DNA of 64,000 nt from Patescibacteria group bacterium (GTDB lineage: Bacteria; Patescibacteriota; Saccharimonadia; CAILAD01; JADZBC01), in assembly GCA_052034495.1 (NCBI GenBank), contig JBPOIL010000005.1, positions 24,710 through 88,709 on the forward strand, read 5' to 3'. The notes under the pieces are model-generated. The model did no database searches and was not told the DNA's origin. It saw only the letters and a program-made list of their open reading frames with translations. Positions 45,468-53,759 of this stretch are shown one piece after another; position 1 is the first letter of the stretch; the number at the start of each line of letters is the position of its first letter. Both the position numbers and the translations under genes were made by a program.

Positions 45468-45844
45468 CGCGCGATCATCTCGTAAATACGCGGTCCAAAA
45501 ATACAAACGCCAATCGCGAAAGCTCCAAGGGCACACACGAGCACGCCCCCAGCTGTCATGTCCTTTACGAGCTGGACTACCTGATTCCGCTCGGTAGAAA
45601 TCAGGTCGAGTGTGCGCTCTATGGCGGTATTGGTAATTTCTGCAAAGAAGACTAAGATAATTGCCAAAATGACGAGTGAGAGCTGGAAGATTGAGATCTT
45701 GAAGAACCAACTTGCCACAACAGCGAGCAAGGCGAATGCCAAATGAATACGAGCATTGCGCTCGCGGCTAACGACTGCCCGAAGACCTTTAAATGCGTGC
45801 CTAAAACTACCGAGTGTTACCATTGAATATATCCCTTGCATCAA
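45464..45844 (-). CDS. dgkA: Diacylglycerol/undecaprenol kinase of the DgkA family.
   Basis: It has three TM helices and the conserved EITNTAIE motif. Confidence 0.82.
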   Translation of the reverse strand: MMQGIYSMVTLGSFRHAFKGLRAVVSRERNARIHLAFALLAVVASWFFKISIFQLSLVILAIILVFFAEITNTAIERTLDLISTERNQVVQLVKDMTAGGVLVCALGAFAIGVCIFGPRIYEMIAR

Positions 45845-46283
45845 CCTTAAGCTTACTTAATATAGCACTTTGCGCATGCGCGAAGCTAGTCTGCTCCGCC
45901 TGGCCAGCGTGGTCGTAGCCCAGCACGTGCATCATGCCGTGCACCGCCAATAGGAGCAGCTCCGAGCGCAAATCTTGACCGTGCTCATTGGCTTGCTTCT
46001 GCGCAACCGGAACGCACACCACCACCTCTCCCAGGGTGTCGTCTGGGGTCGGTTCGTCGTCTTCGCCCTCAAAGTAGTTAAAGCTGAGTACGTCTGTAGC
46101 GTAATCATTGCCTGCATACTGCAGGTTGAGCTGGCGTGCCGTCGGCTCATCGGTAAAGACGAGGCTAATTTTGCCGTTAAGCCCGGCGTCTGCCGCCACC
46201 TCGACCAGGTCAAGCGCCATATGCAAATCGTCTTTATTTAGAGCGGAAGGAACATCGGTTGCGAACTCTAGACTGAGCGCCAT
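45807..46283 (-). CDS. ybeY: rRNA maturation endoribonuclease YbeY.
   Basis: The zinc-binding motif HGMMHVLGYDH is present. Confidence 0.88.
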   Translation of the reverse strand: MALSLEFATDVPSALNKDDLHMALDLVEVAADAGLNGKISLVFTDEPTARQLNLQYAGNDYATDVLSFNYFEGEDDEPTPDDTLGEVVVCVPVAQKQANEHGQDLRSELLLLAVHGMMHVLGYDHAGQAEQTSFAHAQSAILSKLKVDARDIFNGNTR

Positions 46284-46289
46284 AGTTCG

Positions 46290-46730
46290 TTACTTATTAT
46301 CGAGTTCTTCACGAACGATACGGCTTACAAGCCCGCCGTCCGCCTGGCCGTTGGTTTTTGCCAGTACTTGTCCGATTATTTGGCCCATCTGAGCGTCAGG
46401 GTTAGCAGCAACCACATCGCGTACTATTGCGCGAACTTCATCATCACTCAATTGTGCTGGTAGGTAGTGCTGGATCTCTTTGAGCTCTGCTGACTCTTCG
46501 GCGACTAGGTCGTCTCGACCGGCTTTTTCGTATGCTTCAATAGAATCACGACGCTTCTTTGCCTCTTTTTGGAGGACTTGCATCATCTCCTGAGGACTAA
46601 GCTCATGGCCAACTTCGATCTGGTAGTTCTTGAGCGCACTCTTAAGCAGCCTCAGTACCTGGAGGCGTATCTGGTCTCGTTCTCGCATGGCAGCTGCGAG
46701 GTCTTGTTCCAGCTGCTCGAGAACGTGCAT
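46290..46730 (-). CDS. GatB/YqeY domain protein.
   Basis: The YqeY-like pattern and a length of 146 aa fit. Confidence 0.7.
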   Translation of the reverse strand: MHVLEQLEQDLAAAMRERDQIRLQVLRLLKSALKNYQIEVGHELSPQEMMQVLQKEAKKRRDSIEAYEKAGRDDLVAEESAELKEIQHYLPAQLSDDEVRAIVRDVVAANPDAQMGQIIGQVLAKTNGQADGGLVSRIVREELDNK

Positions 46731-46939
46731 TATTTGATCCCTAGAATTTCGCGAGCTTTTTGCTCTTTGCGGCGCGCCTTGCGGATTGCCACGCTACGCG
46801 CTTCGGTCTTTGAGATTGGCTTTTCGAAGTATCGCTTGCGACGAGCTTCGCCCAATACGCCAGATTGGATCACTTTCTTATTAAAGCGTCGCAATAAACT
46901 CTCTGCGGACTCTTTATCTTTGGCTGTTACTTGAATCAA
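46730..46939 (-). CDS. rpsU: 30S ribosomal protein S21.
   Basis: A basic 69-aa protein with the S21 pattern LRRFNKKV..GVL.EARRKRYFEKP. Confidence 0.85.
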   Translation of the reverse strand: MIQVTAKDKESAESLLRRFNKKVIQSGVLGEARRKRYFEKPISKTEARSVAIRKARRKEQKAREILGIK

Positions 46940-47010
46940 ACTAACTCCTTGTTTTCTACTAGCTAATAAATCAATTTCAGAAGCGATTATACGCTAAAAC
47001 AGGAGCTTCT

Positions 47011-48732
47011 TCAAGACCCTATAGGTCGAATGTCGACCACCTCGAGCTGCAAGCTCTCAACCCCCTGCCAGACGTTTTTTGATGCCCTGTAGGCCACTTC
47101 GACGAGCTGCCCTAATTCGAGCCAAGGCCAGCGCCCAGCAGCGCTAAAGGCAATGGCGCCGAGCTGACCCACCGAAGCCTCGAAGCTCATCTGCAAATGC
47201 TTTTGATCTGCACCGACTGGGCGCATGCGCACCAATTTAAGCTTGGACGCAAATACTGGCTGAGGGTTGGCGTTGCCATACGGCTCTAAGGCCTCGAGTT
47301 GCGTCAGCAATTGGGTGTTCAAAAGCCCCCCAGCAAGTTGACAGGTAATAATGAGCTCCTTTTGCGTACTAAGTTCTGACTCGTGCTGGGCCGCATATTC
47401 ATTGAGAGCCTTGCGCAAATCGGCCACCTTGCTCGTCTTGAGCGTCATGCCAGCCGCAAAAGCATGCCCGCCGTAGCGTTCTAGGTGCTGCTTTGCGCTC
47501 GTAATCGCTTCGATAATGTTAAATGTGCCGATGCTGCGCGCAGAGCCCTTAGTGGTATCGCCAAGCTCTTGCAGGATAATTGTTGGCTTGTGCCTGGCTT
47601 CGCTCACCCTACTGGCTACCAGTCCGACAATCCCATGTGACCAGTCGGGCCCTGAAAGGACCAATATGGCGTCGTCTGGATAATCTTCAGATTGCTGCAT
47701 GGCCTCGGCAAACATGCGTGCTGTTTCATCTTGCCGCTCGCGGTTGAGGGTGTTGAGCCCCTCGGCCAGCTCTTTGGCCCTATCAGTGCTGGTTGTAGTT
47801 ATAAGCTCCAAGGCTTTAGCTGCATGCTCTAGACGCCCTGCAGCATTAAGCCGCGGGCCGAACCGAAAGCCCAAGTCCGAGGCCTGAACGCTACTGAGCT
47901 CCACTCCACTGGCTTCGGCTAATGCCCTGAGTCCCGGCCGCGGGCTCTTACGCAGGACCGTCAGCCCAAACTGCACTAATGCGCGGTTTTCCTCCACAAG
48001 CGGCACCACATCACATACCGTACCGAGCGCTACGAGATCGAGCAACCACTTTTCACGTCCGGGCTTTACCTTGCCAGGATGCGTAGCGGCCAAGGCAACG
48101 GCAAGCTTGAATGCTACTGCCACACCAGCTAAATCCTTGAATGGATACTCGTCGCCAGGCAAGCGCGGATTTATACAGGCTATTGCAGCTTTGGGAGTTA
48201 CTTCTGGTACCGTGTGATGATCAGTAACGATAATGTCGAGTCCAAACTTAGCCGCTTCTGCCACCTCGTGCGCTGCGGTAATACCGCAATCCACGCTAAT
48301 GAGGAGGTCGGCGCCATCTGCCTTGAGCGCCTTTAGAGCAGCTAGATTCAAGCCATAGCCCTCTTCGAACCGGTCTGGAATGTAGGGCCTTACTTGAGCC
48401 CCAAGTTGCGAGAGCACGTCTACCAGCAGAGCAGTAGCTGTTATGCCGTCAATATCATAATCCCCATATACAACAATCTTTTGCCCATTCGCCAATGCGT
48501 GATTCATACGCTCTACAGCCAACCCCACACCACTCAAGAGCCCAGGACCATGAAGCCCGCTATAGTCTGGTGATACAAAAGTCTCTTGCTGCTCTGGCCC
48601 TACTCCCCGCTGCCGCAAGATGAGCTCACGTAGCTTGGCTGCACTAGCAACCGCTTGATCTGGTTCAGACAGAAAACGCCACGTATACGACTTGGCGTTT
48701 TCTGTTTTGACTGGTTTTGACTGAGTCGACAT
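47011..48732 (-). CDS. recJ: Single-stranded-DNA-specific exonuclease RecJ.
   Basis: DHH motifs are present in VVYGDYDIDGITA and GHAFAAG, together with the DHHA1 domain. Confidence 0.88.
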   Translation of the reverse strand: MSTQSKPVKTENAKSYTWRFLSEPDQAVASAAKLRELILRQRGVGPEQQETFVSPDYSGLHGPGLLSGVGLAVERMNHALANGQKIVVYGDYDIDGITATALLVDVLSQLGAQVRPYIPDRFEEGYGLNLAALKALKADGADLLISVDCGITAAHEVAEAAKFGLDIIVTDHHTVPEVTPKAAIACINPRLPGDEYPFKDLAGVAVAFKLAVALAATHPGKVKPGREKWLLDLVALGTVCDVVPLVEENRALVQFGLTVLRKSPRPGLRALAEASGVELSSVQASDLGFRFGPRLNAAGRLEHAAKALELITTTSTDRAKELAEGLNTLNRERQDETARMFAEAMQQSEDYPDDAILVLSGPDWSHGIVGLVASRVSEARHKPTIILQELGDTTKGSARSIGTFNIIEAITSAKQHLERYGGHAFAAGMTLKTSKVADLRKALNEYAAQHESELSTQKELIITCQLAGGLLNTQLLTQLEALEPYGNANPQPVFASKLKLVRMRPVGADQKHLQMSFEASVGQLGAIAFSAAGRWPWLELGQLVEVAYRASKNVWQGVESLQLEVVDIRPIGS

Positions 48733-48772
48733 ATCCTCAGTATAGAGGATTATGAACCTGTGCTAAACAAGC

Positions 48773-48958
48773 TTACCTGCTAGCGCGAGCTAAATGATAG
48801 CTACTTTCCGAGCGGGTCTTAAACCCAAGTGGCGCTTCCGTGCGATACCCCTGACGGTGGGCATACAGGAATTGCTGTGTTTGAGCCATCTTCTCGGCTT
48901 TTTGTCGGTATATGTCTTGTTTGGTGAATTGGTTTTTGATTTTTACGAGGATACTCAT
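48773..48958 (-). CDS. Hypothetical small basic protein of 61 aa in an AT-rich module.
   Basis: An ORF 3 nt downstream of the wHTH gene. No domain. It may be a gene remnant. Confidence 0.3.
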   Translation of the reverse strand: MSILVKIKNQFTKQDIYRQKAEKMAQTQQFLYAHRQGYRTEAPLGFKTRSESSYHLARASR

Positions 48959-48961
48959 TGT

Positions 48962-49234
48962 TTATGACTTCTTCCTTGATGTTTTTAGAACCATACTCTG
49001 CAGCTCTTTAAAGAGGAGGAACTGCTGATTTACCCAGTAAACCTTGGCGTTACCCTCTTTGGCAGACTTTACGTAGCCAATCTTCTCCATACGAGCGAGT
49101 TCACGCTGAATATTGCCCGGGTCTTCGCGCAAGATCTTTGCAAGGCCACGCACGTGCACCCGATAGTCGGGATATTTACTGTAAATCGTGATGATTTTTC
49201 GTCTTGTTTTTGATGTTATGAAGAGCTTTAGCAT
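48962..49234 (-). CDS. Winged-helix DNA-binding protein of 90 aa.
   Basis: An HTH-like segment, HVRGLAKILREDPGNIQRELARMEKIGYV, is followed by a beta-hairpin wing. The coding region is AT-rich. Confidence 0.5.
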   Translation of the reverse strand: MLKLFITSKTRRKIITIYSKYPDYRVHVRGLAKILREDPGNIQRELARMEKIGYVKSAKEGNAKVYWVNQQFLLFKELQSMVLKTSRKKS

Positions 49235-49402
49235 ATTGTTTTTTTATCAACTTTTTCTTTGTTTATAACTTAAATTACTTACTACTTAGTATAAATCTAC
49301 AACAGTCTAAAATACAACAGTTTTTTTGAACAATTTTTGTCTTTATTGCTATGTTTCTGGGCAAAACTCCTAATAATCAGTATAATAAACGTAAGAATTA
49401 TC

Positions 49403-50599
49403 ATGACTGAAGACCCACACACACCACCGCTCTGCCCAACCTGCAAGCAGCCAATGGTTCATACTGCCGTTGGTGACGTCTGTATGGAGTGCGGGACACT
49501 GGTTAAGCACGAGCATCCTACCCCGTCACGGCCTATGCATGCCCACGCTACAGTTCATGCAACCCCAACCCTGTCGGAAGATCCATTCCCGCCCAACCCC
49601 GCTAGCGAACACACGCCAACACAGCTGCCCGGCCCTGCTCAGAGCGCCCCGGCAACACAGACAGTAACCAAGCAGGATGCTCTTCGCTTCCGACACAGGC
49701 TCAAAGCGCGCCTGAAGCGCCTAGTTGTGCCCGAACTACCAAGCAAGCTCGATGACCCAGAACTACCAAACTCACTCTCTAGCCCTGAGCTAAAAAGCCC
49801 GATCGAGCAGCCTGGCCTTGAATCGGGATTAAAACAAGCAGCCCTGCTTTCAAAACTTGATCACCCAGAACTGTCTGAACAGGACTCGACTCAGGAACCC
49901 CTAGCACCTGCGCCGTTTACTCAGGAGGAAGTTGAGGCTTCAAAGCACACCATGGCTTACGAGTTGGCCGAAGAAATAGCTGAGCGAGATACTGGGCAAA
50001 CCAGCCCGGCGGAGTCAGCGAGCGGCACTACAATTAGTCCAGGCCAAGCGGAGAAAAAAACCGAATCAGAAGTCAGCACGGCTGAAGCAAAAGCTGAGCA
50101 AGCAGCCAATACCGACCCAGACCCAAAGAAGCCCAAGGGTAAACAAGCGACCCTGCTGATTGGAACTGTTCTATGCCTAGCCCTCGTAGCTGCAATTGGA
50201 ATATGGATGCTCTCGCGCCAAAACAGCAACCAGGTAGTGCCGGCTGCGACGAACACTAATCAGCCGCAGGTCCCCGGCCCCCCTGAGGCGTCACCAGAGG
50301 CCACCACGCGCGACCAAAAGCGCAAAGACGACCTAAATACCATCTCGGCAGCATTAGAGGTTTACAAGCAGCAGCAGGGCACATACCCAGCTGGCGACGA
50401 TATCAAGGTCATTTACCCGCTGCAGTACACCACCCCTCCCTACATCACGATAATAAACTACGACCCATCCAGCACTCCGGAGACCAAGATTAAGTACGCG
50501 TATAAGTCCGATGGCTCAACCTTCACCATAGCTGCCAAGCTAGAGGATAGCGCAGATCCTGACACTCAAGACGGCTACTATATTGTCCGTAGTAAATAG
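49403..50599 (+). CDS. Membrane protein with an N-terminal zinc ribbon, a long disordered region, one TM helix and a C-terminal segment resembling a type IV pilin.
   Basis: The zinc ribbon reads CPTCKQP..CMECG. Low-complexity Pro/Glu-rich spacers follow, then the TM helix ATLLIGTVLCLALVAAIGIWML. After it comes DQKRKDDLNTISAALEVYKQQQGTYP, which resembles the conserved alpha1-C region of type IV pilins. TATAAT lies directly upstream of the ATG. Confidence 0.55.
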   Translation: MTEDPHTPPLCPTCKQPMVHTAVGDVCMECGTLVKHEHPTPSRPMHAHATVHATPTLSEDPFPPNPASEHTPTQLPGPAQSAPATQTVTKQDALRFRHRLKARLKRLVVPELPSKLDDPELPNSLSSPELKSPIEQPGLESGLKQAALLSKLDHPELSEQDSTQEPLAPAPFTQEEVEASKHTMAYELAEEIAERDTGQTSPAESASGTTISPGQAEKKTESEVSTAEAKAEQAANTDPDPKKPKGKQATLLIGTVLCLALVAAIGIWMLSRQNSNQVVPAATNTNQPQVPGPPEASPEATTRDQKRKDDLNTISAALEVYKQQQGTYPAGDDIKVIYPLQYTTPPYITIINYDPSSTPETKIKYAYKSDGSTFTIAAKLEDSADPDTQDGYYIVRSK

Positions 50600-50670
50600 A
50601 AGCCGACACGAATCTTCAAGATCAACTTAAAAACTCACGTTGGCTCTCCTGGGCAGAAAGCCTGTACTTC

Positions 50671-51201
50671 TTAACTCCTCCCTATGGCATCAGCCAAACG
50701 CTTGATGCGCGTGGTGGCAATGGCTTCGAGAGACCTCACCATCTGGGCCCTCACAAACTCACCCTGTGGGGTTGGAATGCTCGCCTCCCGAACCAGCTGA
50801 GCGAACACCCCGAGGTGATAAAGAAGCCACGGGTCCGACAGCTTTGCAGCGGGGCCACCAAGCCCCAGAGTGACTCGCACCGAGTCATGCCCCCCATCCG
50901 TCCAATGCCCGGAAAAGTGTGTCTTCTTCCACACTGCGACAGCTTCATCGAGCGTCTCCGCCCACTCGGCCGTCATACTCAGCTTCGGCACCTCAACCTT
51001 CACTCGAGGCCACCCTTCGTTCCGGGTGTAGGAGGTTGAAACGAAGACGAATCCACCCTCGGGCAACTCGACTATCTGTACTCCGTTGAGATGGCAATGC
51101 ATCGAATCATCTCGACCCCGAATCCTTTCCAGGTGTCCGCCGACCAGCATGCGCTTACGGACAATTACCTCTTGCTCAAACCAAGTCAATTCCTCAGTCA
51201 T
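50671..51201 (-). CDS. Hypothetical protein of 176 aa, about 57% GC.
   Basis: An ORF with GC content above the window average. No domain was recognised. Confidence 0.5.
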   Translation of the reverse strand: MTEELTWFEQEVIVRKRMLVGGHLERIRGRDDSMHCHLNGVQIVELPEGGFVFVSTSYTRNEGWPRVKVEVPKLSMTAEWAETLDEAVAVWKKTHFSGHWTDGGHDSVRVTLGLGGPAAKLSDPWLLYHLGVFAQLVREASIPTPQGEFVRAQMVRSLEAIATTRIKRLADAIGRS

Positions 51202-51361
51202 AACGACTCCAGTTGTCCCGCCCGCTAGGGCGTAAACGTAGGTATTCTGATTGTTAACACGCCAGTAGTCTTACCCGCGAGGATGCAAACTCCAGCATGT
51301 GCGCTCCTGCCCAGGAGATAAGGGTATTATGCCCTTAGAGTACTCACACGACAAGCAAAAG

Positions 51362-52282
51362 CTATTTAACCTTGTTCTTCGCTGCTTGGTCTTTTTTAGC
51401 CTTTTGCTTAAGTTTTCGATTGTTCCAAACCACCAACATTGGCGATGCATTGAATATTGAAGAAAACGTTCCAGAGATAATCCCCACCAGCAAAGCCAGC
51501 ACGAAGAGTCGGATTGATTCACCGCCGAACAGCAAGAGCGCCGTTAGAGTCAAAATGACGGTAATGGAGGTATTAAGGGACCTGGCCAACGTTTCGTTCA
51601 CACTCAGATTCACTACCTCGTCAAATGGCTTATTATAACGCCTTAAATTCTCACGAACGCGGTCGAACACCACGATGGTGTCATGTACGGAGAATCCGAT
51701 TACCGTGAGTACTGCAGTCACGAACAAGCTATCTACCTGAACCCCAAAGAAATGACCGAGGATCGAGAAGAGACCAATCAGGAGTAATGCATCGTGAAGC
51801 ATGGCAATAATTGCCGACCCACCAAAGCTCCAAGGGCTCACTGGTGGTGGCGCGTTGCGGAAAGCAAAGGCGATGTAGAGCAAGATAGCGAGTGATGCCA
51901 GGAAGATACTAATAAGCGCGTTGCGGGTGATATCCTTACTCACAGACGGCCCGACCGAGCTAAACGACACCTGGACGTAGCCGGCTTTACTTAAGTCTTG
52001 CTTAATCTTTTCATCTGACTTCTTAGCATCCTTTTCATCACTGCGGTAGCGAATGAGTAGTCCACCATTCCCCGTCGTAGTGACCGTGACGTCATCAGCA
52101 CCGGCACTCACAAATATAGTGCGGACCTTTGCCTGGTCCTGGCCACCACGCAGCTCCATTTCCTGACCGCCCCGGAAATCAATGCCGAGCTTTAGGCCCC
52201 AAAGCGCGAGTGAAATCATACCTGGGATTATCATTACCAGCGAGATAGTAAACCACAGCTTACGTCGACCAACTATATTCAT
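51362..52282 (-). CDS. secF: Protein translocase subunit SecF.
   Basis: The SecF pattern RRKLWFTISL..GIDFRGG is present, with six TM helices. Confidence 0.88.
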   Translation of the reverse strand: MNIVGRRKLWFTISLVMIIPGMISLALWGLKLGIDFRGGQEMELRGGQDQAKVRTIFVSAGADDVTVTTTGNGGLLIRYRSDEKDAKKSDEKIKQDLSKAGYVQVSFSSVGPSVSKDITRNALISIFLASLAILLYIAFAFRNAPPPVSPWSFGGSAIIAMLHDALLLIGLFSILGHFFGVQVDSLFVTAVLTVIGFSVHDTIVVFDRVRENLRRYNKPFDEVVNLSVNETLARSLNTSITVILTLTALLLFGGESIRLFVLALLVGIISGTFSSIFNASPMLVVWNNRKLKQKAKKDQAAKNKVK

Positions 52283-53595
52283 GATTTGCCCTCCTCTGTG
52301 TAGCCATAATTACGAGGATTCTGGCCAACTTTGGTGGTAATAAGCATGCCCATGAGGGTTCTGGATACAGTGATGGCTGTAAACATACTAATGATTACAC
52401 CAAGACCTAGCGTCACGGCAAAGCCCTTAATGATCGGCACGCCAAACCAGTACAGGATCAAACATGTAATCAATGTAGATATGTTCGAATCACGGATACT
52501 GTCCCACGCGCGGCTGAAGCCCGCCTTGAGCGCAGCAGGCATTTCCTTACCATTACGCACCTCTTCCTTCATGCGCTCAAAGATCAGAATGTTAGCGTCC
52601 ACCGCCATGCCCACACTCAAAATAAAGCCTGCTATACCGGCCAGAGTAAGCACAATGGGACTAAAGATAAAGAAGCCAGGCATGAAGACACTAAATTTAA
52701 AGTACGCAAGGTTAATGAGCGTATAGATGACCAAAGCGATACTAGCCACAACGCCGGCCAGACGATAGTAAGAAATCATAAAGATCATAACGGCCAAGAT
52801 GCCAATTAAGCCGGCCACTAAGCTCTTGGTGATTGATTCTGAACCAAGTGTGGCCCCCACGGTGCGCTGCTCTACGAGTTTAACGGGTACTGGCAAAGCT
52901 CCGGCATTTAGCAGCACTGAGGTTTCCTGAGCTACCTTTAAGCTCTCGAAGCCTTGAAGCTGACCTCGGCCATCGGTGATTGGTGTCGAAACTGTTCCGT
53001 TAAACAGCGCCTGGCCGTCAAGCACGATCGCCAAGCGGCCGCTCTCTTTATTAATTTGCGTGGTAAGCTCGGCAAACTTCTTCGTTGCGTCCCCACCTTT
53101 CAGCTCAAAGCTTACGACCGGCTGGGCGCTTTGTGGATCAAAGTCGACCGCTACGCTTGCGAGGTCCTTACCGCTGATGCCAGTCGGCACTGGAGTGGTA
53201 CTCCCCGGGGGTACGCGGTAAAAGTCTAGTTGAGCAGTCTTACCGATAAGTGCAATTGCCTGGTTTACATCTGTCACACCTGGTAGCTGTACCGACACAC
53301 GGTCACTGCCGCTGGTCTGGATTACTACCTCGCTCGTACCGCTTGGATTAACACGCTTATTCACTACATCAATCACGCCCGCTATAGCCTTTTGCTTCTC
53401 TTCGGCCTTAAGCTTCGAGAGGTCGGCTTGATAGGTAAGGCTCGCCCCACCCTGTAAATCGAGCCCCTGGCGCACTTTTAACGCGCCGTCCTTTATACCT
53501 AATGCAGAAAACACTCTATCCTCCCGCGGCAAAGCGATCACGGCAACAAATAGGGTCAATGCTATAATGAGATAGAATTTCGTTCTGATGTTCAT
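52279..53595 (-). CDS. secD: Protein translocase subunit SecD.
   Basis: The topology and motifs of the SecD family are present. The start MNIRTKFY is at 53595; the ORF in the track extends to 53754. It overlaps secF by 4 nt. Confidence 0.85.
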   Translation of the reverse strand: MNIRTKFYLIIALTLFVAVIALPREDRVFSALGIKDGALKVRQGLDLQGGASLTYQADLSKLKAEEKQKAIAGVIDVVNKRVNPSGTSEVVIQTSGSDRVSVQLPGVTDVNQAIALIGKTAQLDFYRVPPGSTTPVPTGISGKDLASVAVDFDPQSAQPVVSFELKGGDATKKFAELTTQINKESGRLAIVLDGQALFNGTVSTPITDGRGQLQGFESLKVAQETSVLLNAGALPVPVKLVEQRTVGATLGSESITKSLVAGLIGILAVMIFMISYYRLAGVVASIALVIYTLINLAYFKFSVFMPGFFIFSPIVLTLAGIAGFILSVGMAVDANILIFERMKEEVRNGKEMPAALKAGFSRAWDSIRDSNISTLITCLILYWFGVPIIKGFAVTLGLGVIISMFTAITVSRTLMGMLITTKVGQNPRNYGYTEEGKS

Positions 53596-53724
53596 GAGTG
53601 TAGTTGTTTGGTTGCGAACATATATATTCGATACTAGCCGGACTAAGGCAAAAACACAATACGACCCAAAGCTTGAACACATTAATCCAGGCCACCGAGT
53701 GCAGAAAGCCCAACATAACAACAT

Positions 53725-53754
53725 CTTGTCATAATGAATACTAATTTTATACAA
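53725..53754 (+). promoter_or_regulatory. Sigma70 promoter, TTGTCA-18-TACAAT, ending 5 nt before the priA ATG. This implies a leaderless or near-leaderless transcript.
   Basis: The hexamers are at 53725..53730 and 53749..53754. The ATG is at 53760. Confidence 0.4.
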
Positions 53755-53759
53755 TTACT

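Noticed and set aside
44919-45710. A 263-aa ORF containing adenylate kinase.
   Set aside because: The N-terminal 81 codons overlap dgkA in another frame and are not adk-like. The true start is MRRYIIV at 45467, which forms an ATGA junction with dgkA.
53516-53716. A 66-aa minus-strand ORF upstream of secD.
   Set aside because: It lies in the divergent secD/priA promoter region and would be an untranslated extension. The real secD start with its signal-anchor is at 53595.
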